From Actinomycetota bacterium (lineage in GTDB: Bacteria; Actinomycetota; AC-67), in contig JAIVGO010000099.1 in assembly GCA_020201525.1 (NCBI GenBank), positions 1-61,020 of the forward strand: a stretch of DNA of 61,020 nucleotides, given 5' to 3'. Both the position numbers and the translations under genes were made by a program. Positions 27,381-36,541 of this stretch are shown one piece after another. The first letter of the stretch is position 1; every line of letters begins with the position of its first letter. The notes beneath the pieces were generated by a model that saw only the letters and a list, made by a program, of their open reading frames with translations, did no database searches and was not told the DNA's origin.

Positions 27381-27506
27381 TGCTCCTCCTCCCACACCGA
27401 CCCGGCGCTCCGCCGGCCTCTTCCCGCCGTGAGCGAAACCGGCGTCATACTCGAAGCGGCAATAGGCTACAACGCGAGCCCCCAATACGCCCGGACGGTC
27501 GCCGGA

Positions 27507-28097
27507 TCAGCCGGCTTCGAGGCTGCCGTCCAAGACGCGCTCCGCGATTTCCTTCATCGACACGCGCTTTTCCATTGCGGCTTTCTGTAGAAACCGGAAG
27601 GCGTCGCCTTCGGGAAGGCGATACGTATCCATAAGGCGCCCCTTGGCGCGGTCGATGAGCTTCCTCGTCTCGAGGCGCTCCGTCAGGTCGCCGACTTCCG
27701 CCGCCAGTGCGATGAATTGCTCGTAACGGCCGCGGGCGATCTCGATGGCAGGAAGCAAGTCCGTCTTTTGAAATGGCTTCACGAGATATCCCATGGCGCC
27801 GGCTTCGCTGGCCCGAGCTATCAGCTCGCGCTGAGAGTACGCAGTCAGAATGAGCACGGGAGCGATGCGATCCGCGGCGATTTCCTTCGCCGCCGACAAG
27901 CCGTCGCGGCCCGGCATCTTGATGTCCAGGATGACCAGGTCTGGAGCCGCCTCGCGCGCAATCGCGACGGCGGCGTCGCCGTCCGCGGCTTCCATGACCT
28001 CGTAGCCCTCTTCCTCCAGCATCTCGCGGAGATCCATGCGGATGATCGTTTCATCTTCCGCGATCAACACGCGCAATCGGCCGGTCATCTTCGCCAA
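27507..28097 (-). CDS. ANTAR-domain response regulator (PdtaR-like)
   Basis: 196 aa. The receiver carries LIAEDE...ILDIKMPGRDG...LTAY...YLVKP, and a C-terminal ANTAR helix region follows (LETRKLIDRAKGRLM...EAFRFLQKAAMEKRVSM). No cognate kinase is in the window. Confidence 0.85.
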   Translation of the reverse strand: MAKMTGRLRVLIAEDETIIRMDLREMLEEEGYEVMEAADGDAAVAIAREAAPDLVILDIKMPGRDGLSAAKEIAADRIAPVLILTAYSQRELIARASEAGAMGYLVKPFQKTDLLPAIEIARGRYEQFIALAAEVGDLTERLETRKLIDRAKGRLMDTYRLPEGDAFRFLQKAAMEKRVSMKEIAERVLDGSLEAG

Positions 28098-28114
28098 GTG
28101 TATCGGTGGCGACG

Positions 28115-28399
28115 TCAGCGGCCTTCTTCGAAGATTCGCTCCAGCAAACGGTCCTGCTCCGTGCGAAGCTCTTCGATCCGGACCTGTGCGTCGTGATGCG
28201 AGCGGCGCATGCGATCCAGGTCACCCTGCGCATCGCGATATTCCCGGTCGGCCAGCGGCGTCTCCGACACCAGCGCACGAATGCGTGCGTCCTCGGCGAC
28301 TTCCTCGACGAACGCCAGTTGCTCTTCGACGATGCGAAGGGCGGTTTGGGCCTCGGCAATCTCGCCGGACAGCTGACTGAGACGATCGTGAACCTTCAC
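28115..28399 (-). CDS. small coiled-coil hypothetical protein
   Basis: 94 aa counted from GTG 28399, which is preceded by AGGAGG with a 5-nt spacer. The sequence is heptad-like and acidic/basic (LSGEIAEAQTALRIVEEQLAFVEEV...). The longer track ORF would run through the terminator hairpin. Confidence 0.5.
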   Translation of the reverse strand: MKVHDRLSQLSGEIAEAQTALRIVEEQLAFVEEVAEDARIRALVSETPLADREYRDAQGDLDRMRRSHHDAQVRIEELRTEQDRLLERIFEEGR

Positions 28400-28476
28400 G
28401 CGTTCCTCCTGGTGGGGCGGCGATTCTAGCCGTCCGGGGAAACCCCCGACAAGGAGAAACGAGGCGGAAAAGGGGG

Positions 28477-28502
28477 CAGGCCGGGGTACACGCCCCGGCC
28501 TG
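28477..28502 (-). terminator. intrinsic-terminator-like hairpin after the PPOX-family gene
   Basis: A 10-bp GC stem pairs caggccgggg with ccccggcctg around a 6-nt loop. On the minus strand it is followed by CCCCCTTTTCC. Confidence 0.4.
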
Positions 28503-28627
28503 CGGGGGATCTGCACGGGGGCGGGGACCCCCTGCACCTACAACAGCGGCGTCCGGAGGCGACCGGGTACGGCCGTTTTCGGAAATCTATTCCGATTGCT
28601 CCGGGTCGCGAGTGGAGTGGCCGGCGG

Positions 28628-29038
28628 TCACGAACCAGTCCAGGCCGACCAGCGTTGCACCTCGACCACGATGATCGGCCCGGGATCGGGGCGCCTCGCA
28701 TACTGCGGATATTTTGCCCGCAGGAGCGCAATGCCTTCGTCGGCGGCCGGACCGGCCTCATGGATCGTCGCGTCTCCATCCGCGCGCACCCACCAGAGCT
28801 TTGACCAGTCTTCGTCGTAGTCCCCGGCAATCACCGAAACGCGTGGATGAGCGCGGATATTCGCAAGCCGCTTCAAGTCCCGCGAACGTTTCGGCTTGTC
28901 GTCCACCGGGGTGAAAACGGCGACCTCCGCGAGCGCGAACACGCACGGGACGATGTGGGGGTTCCCGTCGGACGCCACCGTCGCCAAGTGCGCGACGCGC
29001 GCCTCACCGAACCGGCGGCGCACCTCCGCGCTTTCCAC
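28628..29038 (-). CDS. PPOX-class (pyridoxamine 5'-phosphate oxidase-like) probable F420-dependent oxidoreductase
   Basis: 136 aa. ARVAHLATVASDGNPHIVPCVFAL...LWWVRADG is typical of the split-barrel PPOX/F420 family. Confidence 0.7.
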   Translation of the reverse strand: MESAEVRRRFGEARVAHLATVASDGNPHIVPCVFALAEVAVFTPVDDKPKRSRDLKRLANIRAHPRVSVIAGDYDEDWSKLWWVRADGDATIHEAGPAADEGIALLRAKYPQYARRPDPGPIIVVEVQRWSAWTGS

Positions 29039-29046
29039 CGGTATAC

Positions 29047-29943
29047 CTAGCTGTGCCGGATCGTGCGAAGAGGCTTGCGGGGCCCGAAGCGCGGCGCGCC
29101 GATGCCGGTCGCCTCGATGAGCCTGATTACCCGAGCGCGCTGGCCGCGGTACGGCTCGAGCAGCATCAGCATCCGTTCGTCGGTCGCACGCGCCTCACCG
29201 ACAAGCACCCAGGCAACCTGATGCGGCAAGTTATAGTCGCCCACACTCACGGCATCGTTATCGCCGGCCGCGATCTTCATCACTTCGGCGGCGGTCCAGG
29301 GACCGATGCCGAGGAAGGCTTGTAGCCGCCGGTACGCATCCTCGCGGCCCATCGAAAGAATTTCGTCCACGCGGGCCGCGCGAGCGCACACGCGCCTTAT
29401 CGTCTCCGCGCGTTTTCGCTCGATGCCCAAAGGGTGGAATGCGTAATAGGGCATCTGCGCGAGGGTGCGAGGATCTGGGGGCAAAAGGAGATCGACCGGC
29501 CCCGGCGCGACCTCACCCGCGAGCCGGACCAGCGCGGCGTACGAGCGACCGGCTTCGACGCCGTTCACTTTCTGCTCGACGATCGATGCGACGAGCGCTT
29601 CGGTCGGAAGATTCGTTCGCGCGATGCGAAGGCCCGGCAAGCGCCGTTGCATATCGCGCACGACCGTGTGCCGCGCAACGAAGACGCTCGGGTCGTCCGT
29701 CGCCCCGGTCAGCTCCGGTGCGTTCCGTATCACCCAAGAGGCGCCGGGCCCCCACGATCGAACGCGGATCGCCGATGACGTCGCGGTCGCGCACATCGTC
29801 GTGGGACCCTCCGGGGTGCGCATCGCGCGCCACACGACGGCGTCATCGAATAGCGAAGTCGGGTCCCAGCGACCCCGCCGCATCGGTGCAAGCGTCAACG
29901 CGATGTCGACGGGCTCGGCCGTTCCAATGAGACACTCCCGCAT
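29047..29943 (-). CDS. HhH-GPD DNA glycosylase (AlkA / 3-methyladenine glycosylase II family)
   Basis: 298 aa with the helix-hairpin-helix LQAFLGIGPWTAAEV followed by the catalytic-Asp region AVSVGDYNLP. Confidence 0.75.
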   Translation of the reverse strand: MRECLIGTAEPVDIALTLAPMRRGRWDPTSLFDDAVVWRAMRTPEGPTTMCATATSSAIRVRSWGPGASWVIRNAPELTGATDDPSVFVARHTVVRDMQRRLPGLRIARTNLPTEALVASIVEQKVNGVEAGRSYAALVRLAGEVAPGPVDLLLPPDPRTLAQMPYYAFHPLGIERKRAETIRRVCARAARVDEILSMGREDAYRRLQAFLGIGPWTAAEVMKIAAGDNDAVSVGDYNLPHQVAWVLVGEARATDERMLMLLEPYRGQRARVIRLIEATGIGAPRFGPRKPLRTIRHS

Positions 29944-29967
29944 CGCGGGTACCGTACCGCACCGGGA

Positions 29968-30930
29968 TCAGCCGTGATGCAACCGCGACACCAACCGGAA
30001 CACGAGCGGCATGAAGAGGATCGCCGCGTACACCCACATGCGCCAGCCGCGGAGAGGCCTGCCGACGCGGAGGTCCTCCGCCAGCACATCTGCAGCCGTC
30101 ACGTCGCGCACGACGTTCCACGGCCCCAGAAGCTCGGCCAGCCGCCGCGCATCGAGCGAGCGCAGCATCACTCCTTTGACGCGCCTGCCGCCTCGGTACA
30201 CAAACGACGGCAACAAGCCGAGCGGCATCCCGGGCGTCTGCACCGACTGCGTGAAGATGATCGCAACGTTCGGAACGTCTTCCGGGTTCATGCGAAGGAC
30301 GGGAAGGCTGACGCCGTAGGGCGAGAAAAGATATTGCTCCTCGTGCTCCGAAAAAGACGACGGAATTGGAAAGGCCGGGTGATCGCCCGGCGGTTGCATC
30401 GGTGGGGAGGGAAACGTATCGAGGGCATCGACGAAAGCGTAGGGCGGAAGCTCTCCGGTAACGGGGAACCGCTTGTGCTTGTGCGAAGAATTTTGGAGCC
30501 CATCGTCGACGGCGACGACGCGAATCAGCGAACGGTCCACCAGCAAGGGTTTGCGAAACCCAACGTAGGAAAGCTGCAGCACGCCGTCGGCCACTCCCGC
30601 GCCCGCCGTCTTCGTCCACGGAAGGTACGTCAGAACTCCCCACGCCACGCCTCCACACCCGACGATGAGACCCATGGCGAGGGCGACGGCCGTGTCGGGT
30701 TTCGCACTCCCCCACATGTTGAGGATCGCGCTGAAGAACATGACCGCGAACCACGTGGCGAACCCGGCGATCACCGAGCCGATGATCATCAGAACCGCCA
30801 TGATCCGCCGGCCGGCCGTGCCGCTGCCGGGGGCCAGGAGCACGACGTCGATCGCACGAACGAGCGTGCGGCGAAGCGCCGGAATTCGGATGAAGTAATC
30901 GCTGCGTTTCTGCCGGGTCAGGTTTTCCAT
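29968..30930 (-). CDS. hypothetical membrane protein
   Basis: 320 aa with two or three TM helices after residue ~40 (IMAVLMIIGSVIAGFATWFAVMFFSAIL, AVALAMGLIVGCGGVAWGVL) and one at the C-terminus (MWVYAAILFMPLVF). The antisense 330-aa ORF is Arg/His-rich and was rejected. Confidence 0.5.
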   Translation of the reverse strand: MENLTRQKRSDYFIRIPALRRTLVRAIDVVLLAPGSGTAGRRIMAVLMIIGSVIAGFATWFAVMFFSAILNMWGSAKPDTAVALAMGLIVGCGGVAWGVLTYLPWTKTAGAGVADGVLQLSYVGFRKPLLVDRSLIRVVAVDDGLQNSSHKHKRFPVTGELPPYAFVDALDTFPSPPMQPPGDHPAFPIPSSFSEHEEQYLFSPYGVSLPVLRMNPEDVPNVAIIFTQSVQTPGMPLGLLPSFVYRGGRRVKGVMLRSLDARRLAELLGPWNVVRDVTAADVLAEDLRVGRPLRGWRMWVYAAILFMPLVFRLVSRLHHG

Positions 30931-30973
30931 CCCGGTATGAATCGGCCGGGAGCAGCCGAAACCTGAGATTTTG

Positions 30974-31939
30974 TCAGTGCGGGAGAACCGCTCCCGTCGA
31001 CGAGCGCGCGTACCACGTCCAGCGGTACGTCCACAGCGTGTAGTACGGGCTCCGGTATCGCGGCCCCGGATAGACCGGCCCGTTGCATGCTTCGGACCCG
31101 CACCCGTTGACGTCGGGGATCACGCGAGCGCGACCGTGCCGGGTGATGTTCCTGGCATAGGCGACGCGGCGATTGTGATCGAGCGGCTCGACGTGCACAT
31201 GAAAATTCTTCTTCGTGAAGAACGGGCATGGATCGTTGACCATCGTCGCGATTCGAACTACGACGTTCGGCACGGCGCCCCGCGCTCCGGAATAGATCGG
31301 AATGGATTTCAGCCCGCGAATCGGAACGGCATGCTGATACATCACGCGAAACAACAGCGCACGGGATGGATAGCTGCGCACGTTGGCGACGAGCGTGTAA
31401 CACGGAAACCCGCGGTCCCTTCCGGCAACGTGACGGGTGAACGAGACGCTCGCGATGCGTGTTCCCGGCACCTTCGAATACGCACTCGCGCTGAAGAACA
31501 CCGCTTTCGTTTCCGGCACCGTTCCGTTGTTGTCGTTCCAATCCAATGCGTCCCCTGATTTATACGCCGGATGCCGGCCCGCGTAGCGCTTGCATGAATC
31601 GTGGAACCCGCACGTCATCGCAACTTGGCGCTGGTGGTTGTTGTAAGGGGGATGCATGAGAATGACCCGCCGGTCGATCGCAGGGATTCTCGGCGCCGCT
31701 TTCGGCGGTTCCTGCGCCTGGGGCGTCGGAACGGGAGGCGCGACCGGGGAAGTCGTCGTCGTCACCGGCTCCGGTTCCTGCGGAATGCGTGCACTCGCCG
31801 CTGTTGAAGCGGCGCAACCAACACGGCACATTGGTTTGCTTGCCGCGAACACCTGCCGAGAAAGCAACAGAGCCCCAACGAAGGAAGCAACGAGCACGGT
31901 GATATAGACGGCGCGGCGCGCGCGTTTCACTTCCGACAT
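30974..31939 (-). CDS. hypothetical secreted protein, possible divergent LytM/M23-like fold
   Basis: 321 aa with a signal anchor (VYITVLVASFVGALLLSRQVFA), a Pro/Thr-rich linker and a Cys-rich globular part. SGDALDW, YQHAVPI and NFHVHVE loosely recall the HxxxD and HxH regions of M23 peptidases. This assignment is weak. Confidence 0.45.
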   Translation of the reverse strand: MSEVKRARRAVYITVLVASFVGALLLSRQVFAASKPMCRVGCAASTAASARIPQEPEPVTTTTSPVAPPVPTPQAQEPPKAAPRIPAIDRRVILMHPPYNNHQRQVAMTCGFHDSCKRYAGRHPAYKSGDALDWNDNNGTVPETKAVFFSASAYSKVPGTRIASVSFTRHVAGRDRGFPCYTLVANVRSYPSRALLFRVMYQHAVPIRGLKSIPIYSGARGAVPNVVVRIATMVNDPCPFFTKKNFHVHVEPLDHNRRVAYARNITRHGRARVIPDVNGCGSEACNGPVYPGPRYRSPYYTLWTYRWTWYARSSTGAVLPH

Positions 31940-32104
31940 TCGCCCATTTCCTTGATCTCTCGCCCCGACGGCCGCAGCCGGCCGCTACAACACAATGCGC
32001 GACACCTTAGAAGCTCGGCGTCCCGGCGTCGTGAGTAAAGTGGCCTATCTCACCCGGGTCAAGAGCACTGAAGCCCAAAAGCAAGCAAAATCAAGCGCAA
32101 AAAG

Positions 32105-32189
32105 TGCGGCGGGTGGGATTTGAACCCACAAGCCCTTGCGGGCAATCGGGTTTGAGCCGATCTCGTTTACCGAATTTCGACACCGCCGC
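32105..32189 (-). tRNA. tRNA-Leu (anticodon CAA)
   Basis: Folded by hand: acceptor GCGGCGG/CCGCCGC, anticodon stem ATCGG/CCGAT with loop CTCAAAC (CAA), a long variable arm, T-arm GTGGG-TTCAAAT-CCCAC and discriminator A. CCA is not encoded. A T-rich tract follows on the minus strand. Confidence 0.9.
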
Positions 32190-32227
32190 GTCGAGTCAAT
32201 CCTACCAAGTCCACGTGCCTGCTTTGC

Positions 32228-33019
32228 TCATCGTTTCGCGACTGCATTCCGCAGCTCGCCGACGAGCGCGTGTACGGCGGGTACAGGCTCCTTCGTTTCT
32301 TGTATTGCTTTGACGATCGCACTTCCGACAATGACGCCGTCCGCGTACCCGGCCACCTCTTGTGCGTGCGCCGCCGAGGACACCCCTATACCGACGGCGA
32401 TGGGCTTCTTCGTCACAGCGCGAAGCTCCGCGACGAGGCCTCGCGCCTTTTCCGACAGAATCGTTCGAACCCCGGTGACACCGAGCGTACTCGTCGCGTA
32501 CACGAAACCTTCCGTGCAATCCGCAATCGCACGCAGCCGCGCGGGCCCGGACGTCGACGCTGCCAGCATGACCGGGGCGATGCCGGCCGCGAGGCAAGCG
32601 TCGCGCCACGATCCCGCTTCCTCGACGACAAGATCGGGCACGATGACGCCGCTCCCTCGCAGCGATGCAATCGCGAGGGAAAACTTCTCGAGTCCCCATC
32701 GGTAGACAATGTTGTAGTACGTCATGACGACCACGGGAATCCCCGCCGACGCAGCGGCAGCGCCGACAAGCTCGAGCGCCTCGGCGGTCGGCAGGCCGCG
32801 ATCCAGAACGGCGGTGGTCGCTCGTTGGATGACCGGGCCGTCCATGACGGGATCCGAAAATGGTATGCCGATCTCCAGTACGTCGGCTCCGGCGGAGGCG
32901 CACGCCGCAGCCAAAGACACGAACGCTTCCGGCGTTGGATATCCGCACACGAGGTACGGCATGAGCAACGCGCGCCCGTCCGCGCGTCCGCTGCGAAACG
33001 CTTCCGCGAGAGCGTTCAG
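32228..33019 (-). CDS. trpA: tryptophan synthase alpha subunit
   Basis: Homology starts at [28 protein letters not shown] and includes [17 protein letters not shown]. There is no ATG/GTG/TTG at that point, only CTG 33019-33017, which overlaps the trpB stop. The first ATG is at 32962 (see findings). Confidence 0.85.
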   Translation of the reverse strand: MNALAEAFRSGRADGRALLMPYLVCGYPTPEAFVSLAAACASAGADVLEIGIPFSDPVMDGPVIQRATTAVLDRGLPTAEALELVGAAAASAGIPVVVMTYYNIVYRWGLEKFSLAIASLRGSGVIVPDLVVEEAGSWRDACLAAGIAPVMLAASTSGPARLRAIADCTEGFVYATSTLGVTGVRTILSEKARGLVAELRAVTKKPIAVGIGVSSAAHAQEVAGYADGVIVGSAIVKAIQETKEPVPAVHALVGELRNAVAKR

Positions 33020-34212
33020 AGTCCCGTCTCCAGCGCGCGCTTCACGGACTCCACATCTTTGTCGCCGCGCCCGGACAAATTGACGATGACCAGATCGCCG
33101 ACCGACCCGATGTTTTTCGCCACCCAACCCAGTGCGTGAGACGGCTCGAGCGCCGGCAAGATGCCCTCCGTCCGCGCGAGCAACCCGAAGGCGTCGAGCG
33201 CTTCGAAATCTGTCGCCCATTCATACGTGGCAAGCCCTGATTCGTGCAGAAATGAGTGCTCCGGTCCGACACCCGGATAATCGAGGCCCGCGCTGATCGA
33301 GTGCGTCGGGCGCACCTGACCGTCGGCATCCTGGAGCAACAACGACAGCGCGCCGTGAAGCACGCCCGGCTCGCCGCCTGAAATCGTCGCGGAATGCTCC
33401 CCGGTATCGATTCCTCGGCCTGCCGCCTCGACACCGACGAGCCGAACGCCGGGCTCGCCGACAAACGCATGAAAGATGCCAATCGCGTTCGAGCCGCCGC
33501 CGACACACGCAACGACGGTGTCCGGCAGGCGTCCTTCCGCTGCAAGAATTTGCTCACGCGCTTCCTCTCCGATGACTTTCTGGTATTCACGGACGAGAAG
33601 CGGAAACGGATGCGGACCCACGACCGAGCCGATCACGTAGTGCGTCGTTTCCACGTTTGCCACCCAATCCCGCAACGCTTCGTTGATTGCGTCCTTGAGC
33701 GTCTGGGACCCCGAGGTAACCGGCACAACGGTCGCGCCGAGGCGCTCCATGCGAAAAACGTTCAACGCTTGACGCTTCGTATCTTCTTCGCCCATGTACA
33801 CGACGCACTCTTGGCCGAAAAGAGCGGCCGCGGTCGCCGTCGCGACGCCGTGCTGGCCGGCGCCGGTTTCCGCGATGATTCTCTTCTTGCCCATACGTTG
33901 TGCGAGCAAGCACTGCCCCAGCGTGTTATTGATCTTGTGGGCACCGGTGTGCGCAAGATCTTCGCGTTTCAAATAGATGCGAGGACCCCCGAAATGCTCC
34001 GAAAGTCGCCGGGCGTGCCATAAAGGCGTCGGTCGCCCCGCATACGTACGGCGCAGGTCATCGAGCTCGCCGAAAAATTCTTGGTCGCGCTGCGATGCCG
34101 TAAACGCTTCCTCGAGCTCGGTGAGAGCCGCCATCAGCGCCTCCGGCACGAAGCGCCCACCGAAGCGGCCGAAATGACCGCCGGCGTCGGGATCTGTTGA
34201 GATCGTGCTCAC
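33016..34212 (-). CDS. trpB: tryptophan synthase beta subunit
   Basis: 398 aa. [13 protein letters not shown] and the PLP-lysine region [16 protein letters not shown] are present. The start codon is GTG. Confidence 0.97.
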   Translation of the reverse strand: MSTISTDPDAGGHFGRFGGRFVPEALMAALTELEEAFTASQRDQEFFGELDDLRRTYAGRPTPLWHARRLSEHFGGPRIYLKREDLAHTGAHKINNTLGQCLLAQRMGKKRIIAETGAGQHGVATATAAALFGQECVVYMGEEDTKRQALNVFRMERLGATVVPVTSGSQTLKDAINEALRDWVANVETTHYVIGSVVGPHPFPLLVREYQKVIGEEAREQILAAEGRLPDTVVACVGGGSNAIGIFHAFVGEPGVRLVGVEAAGRGIDTGEHSATISGGEPGVLHGALSLLLQDADGQVRPTHSISAGLDYPGVGPEHSFLHESGLATYEWATDFEALDAFGLLARTEGILPALEPSHALGWVAKNIGSVGDLVIVNLSGRGDKDVESVKRALETGL

Positions 34213-34255
34213 GGCGCGCCAAGTCTACCGGCAGCGTGGAGCTATCCGTTTGCTA

Positions 34256-35572
34256 TTAGCCGCCGAGGAAACACGGGCGGTTGCCGGCGGGGCTCGAACG
34301 GCCGTCTGCGCGAAGACGATCGAGCATGTCCGTCGTGAATGGGTGATCCTCGTTGTCTCCCAAAACGAACTCCGTTCGCTTGCCGCCGAGTGTTGTTTGA
34401 ATCACCGTGACGAAAGCGTCTGCAGGGGCGATTCCACACGAGGCCGGATACGACGAGGCAGGAATGAGCCACATCGACACCGTTGCGGGAATCTTGGACG
34501 GCCCGGTGAGGGTCGGCGCGAAACCGTTTGCCGCTGCGGCCGCCCATTGCCACAGGTCTCCGTTGTCGCTGCTCGAACGGGAGTCGAGAAGCTCTCCGCG
34601 GCTTCCGAGAAACATGACTGCGTAAAGCGACTCGTTCGGTGATCCAGTGCCGGCCGGATCCGAAGCGAGTGCATACAACCCACCGGCGCCCGGCGTTACG
34701 TCTCGCCGGTGACCGTTCGCGTCCTGCGCACGCACGATCGTCGTTCCGATCGGCGCGATGCCGATGACGAGTCGTTCGCTACGCAACCTGCACACTCGCG
34801 CGATATCGGCGTGCGCGATCATGATCAGATCCGTATTGCCGATTCCGGGCACAACATTTCCGTCGGGACCTTGTATGCGGCCGACGCCGGCAGGCAGCAA
34901 GCACTCTTCCGGGATCGGATACGACCACAGCGGACGCCACACGCCGAGAAACCCACGCTCGACTTTCGCGAGCGCGAGCCAGCGATTGACGCCGTCGACC
35001 CGCGCCAAGACAAACGCAGACTGCGGCTGTTCGTGCGCCGAGCGATCGGGCGGGACGACGAATGTCGTCGACTCGAGAACGGCTCCTGTGCGACGAACGG
35101 CGGCATCAACCGGGCCGGGCCGCAACAACAGAAAGCTGATGACGCCGATGAACATGGCGAGACCGAGCAACAACGTCGCCGCTCCGGGCGGGACCTCCCG
35201 GTGCCTTCGGCGCGCCATCCCGGCGTGTGCGCCTCCGATGCCGAAGCCGAGAACAACGAGTGGTCCGAGCAACGTCCCTTCTCGCGCGAGCAAGCTCGCC
35301 GCAAAAACCGTTCCCGTCAGAAATCCGATAAGGCCGGGGAGCGCGCGCAGCCGCAGGGCGTACCACGCTGCGATGCCGGCAAAGGCCGAGAAAACAACCA
35401 GCGTCGCGATTCCTCCATGCACTTCCCACCGGTGTGTTCCGGTAACGAACGATGCGAGATACACGAACGCAACCGGCGTCACCGCAGCGGCCAGCCCGAA
35501 GACGAGAACCTCCCAGTACGGAACCGTCCTCACACCAGGTGCGGTCGCCGGCCGCTCCACGACGTCGATCAT
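34256..35572 (-). CDS. hypothetical membrane protein embedded between trpC and trpB
   Basis: Start taken at ATG 35572 (MIDVVERPATAP), giving 438 aa. It has four to six N-terminal TM helices and then a ~270-aa domain of unknown fold. The 607-aa track ORF extends upstream through trpC in an Arg-rich frame, which I rejected. Confidence 0.6.
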   Translation of the reverse strand: MIDVVERPATAPGVRTVPYWEVLVFGLAAAVTPVAFVYLASFVTGTHRWEVHGGIATLVVFSAFAGIAAWYALRLRALPGLIGFLTGTVFAASLLAREGTLLGPLVVLGFGIGGAHAGMARRRHREVPPGAATLLLGLAMFIGVISFLLLRPGPVDAAVRRTGAVLESTTFVVPPDRSAHEQPQSAFVLARVDGVNRWLALAKVERGFLGVWRPLWSYPIPEECLLPAGVGRIQGPDGNVVPGIGNTDLIMIAHADIARVCRLRSERLVIGIAPIGTTIVRAQDANGHRRDVTPGAGGLYALASDPAGTGSPNESLYAVMFLGSRGELLDSRSSSDNGDLWQWAAAAANGFAPTLTGPSKIPATVSMWLIPASSYPASCGIAPADAFVTVIQTTLGGKRTEFVLGDNEDHPFTTDMLDRLRADGRSSPAGNRPCFLGG

Positions 35573-35655
35573 GATGCAAGAGTATGGGCGGGTGCCCGAA
35601 GCGAAAAGGCGATATGTCCGTTGATTCCGAAACTTTTGGGGGCCGCGCGCCCGGA

Positions 35656-36441
35656 TCAAGTGATTCCGAGCAGCTCGCGAACCTTTTGCCCGGGATCCGG
35701 CGCGCGCATAAGTGCTTCGCCGATGAGGACCCCATCGCACTCGAGCGCCTCGAGCGCTTCCACTTCCGATCGCTTCGACACACCGCTTTCGGCCACGACG
35801 AGAACATTCGGGGGGATCATCGGACGGATTGCTTTTACGACCGTCGGGTCGACCTTCAGGGTCGAGAGATCGCGTGTGTTGATCCCGACGAGACGCGCGC
35901 CGGCACGCAGAGCGCGATCGAGCTCGTCGGCGGTATGGACCTCGACAAGGGCGGCGAGCCCGAGTGTTTCGGCGAGGTCGAGAAGCGCGACGAGCCCAGT
36001 TTGCTCGAGCGCGGCGACGATCAGAAGCACGGCGTCGGCCCCGCACGCGCGCGCCTCCCATACGTGAAGCGGATCGCACAGAAAGTCCTTGCGGAGTGCA
36101 GGAATCGAGACGGCGTCGCGCGCCGCACGAAGATCTTCGAGTGACCCTTTGAAATGGTCGGGCTCAGTAAGAACGCTGAGCGCCGATGCGCCGGCGGCTT
36201 CGTAAATCTGTGCATACCGAGCCGGCCGTGCGTGGGCCACGATGTCACCGGCCGACGGCGATGCGCGTTTGATCTCGCCGATGAGTGACATTCCTGGTTC
36301 TTCGATCGCCGCGTAGAAGTCGCGTGGATCTCCCGCCGCCGCCACCGCCTCCCGCGCGAGCGACAACGCTCCCGCCGCCCGTCGGCGCTCGGCATCGGCA
36401 CGCCGGGCGGCAACGACCCGCTCCAAGAAAGTCATCGACAC
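35656..36441 (-). CDS. trpC: indole-3-glycerol-phosphate synthase
   Basis: 261 aa with IGEIKRASPSAG, LSVLTEPDHFKGS and ALRKDFL motifs. The start is GTG 36441 or ATG 36435. Confidence 0.93.
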   Translation of the reverse strand: MSMTFLERVVAARRADAERRRAAGALSLAREAVAAAGDPRDFYAAIEEPGMSLIGEIKRASPSAGDIVAHARPARYAQIYEAAGASALSVLTEPDHFKGSLEDLRAARDAVSIPALRKDFLCDPLHVWEARACGADAVLLIVAALEQTGLVALLDLAETLGLAALVEVHTADELDRALRAGARLVGINTRDLSTLKVDPTVVKAIRPMIPPNVLVVAESGVSKRSEVEALEALECDGVLIGEALMRAPDPGQKVRELLGIT

Positions 36442-36450
36442 GGTGCGGCG

Positions 36451-36480
36451 ATTATAGGCTGCCCGTCATCCGGTTAAACC
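36451..36480 (-). promoter_or_regulatory. candidate internal promoter giving a leaderless or near-leaderless trpC transcript
   Basis: The minus strand carries a perfect TATAAT (36456-36451) 9 nt upstream of the trpC GTG, with a weak -35 TTTAAC 17 nt upstream. It lies in a ~100-nt AT-richer spacer. Confidence 0.35.
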
Positions 36481-36541
36481 TCTTCTTCCGATTTGTCGCA
36501 ATTCCCGCTTTTCAAAGACGCTCCGTATAAAGAAAGAGGTA

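Noticed and set aside
28400-28537. N-terminal extension of the small coiled-coil ORF (track start 28537)
   Set aside because: The extension is Pro/Arg-rich and crosses the terminator-like hairpin at 28477-28502. A GTG with a consensus AGGAGG RBS at 28399 fits better.
29974-30966. 330-aa plus-strand ORF
   Set aside because: The translation is dominated by Arg/His/Asp/Glu runs. The minus-strand frame gives TM helices and normal composition.
29968-32189. Integrated mobile element at tRNA-Leu
   Set aside because: No integrase, excisionase or phage or plasmid genes are present, and I saw no copy of the tRNA 3' end elsewhere in the window. The two adjacent unknown genes are reported as a finding but not called a mobile element.
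32104-32313. 69-aa plus-strand ORF beginning MRRVGFEPTSPCG
   Set aside because: It is the antisense read-through of the tRNA-Leu gene (the GFEPT signature of a translated T-arm), not a protein.
35573-36079. Upstream extension of the 607-aa ORF 34256-36079
   Set aside because: The extension overlaps trpC in another frame and reads as an Arg-rich string (RRRASDRRRARANWARRASRPRR...). Protein-like sequence starts only at ATG 35572.
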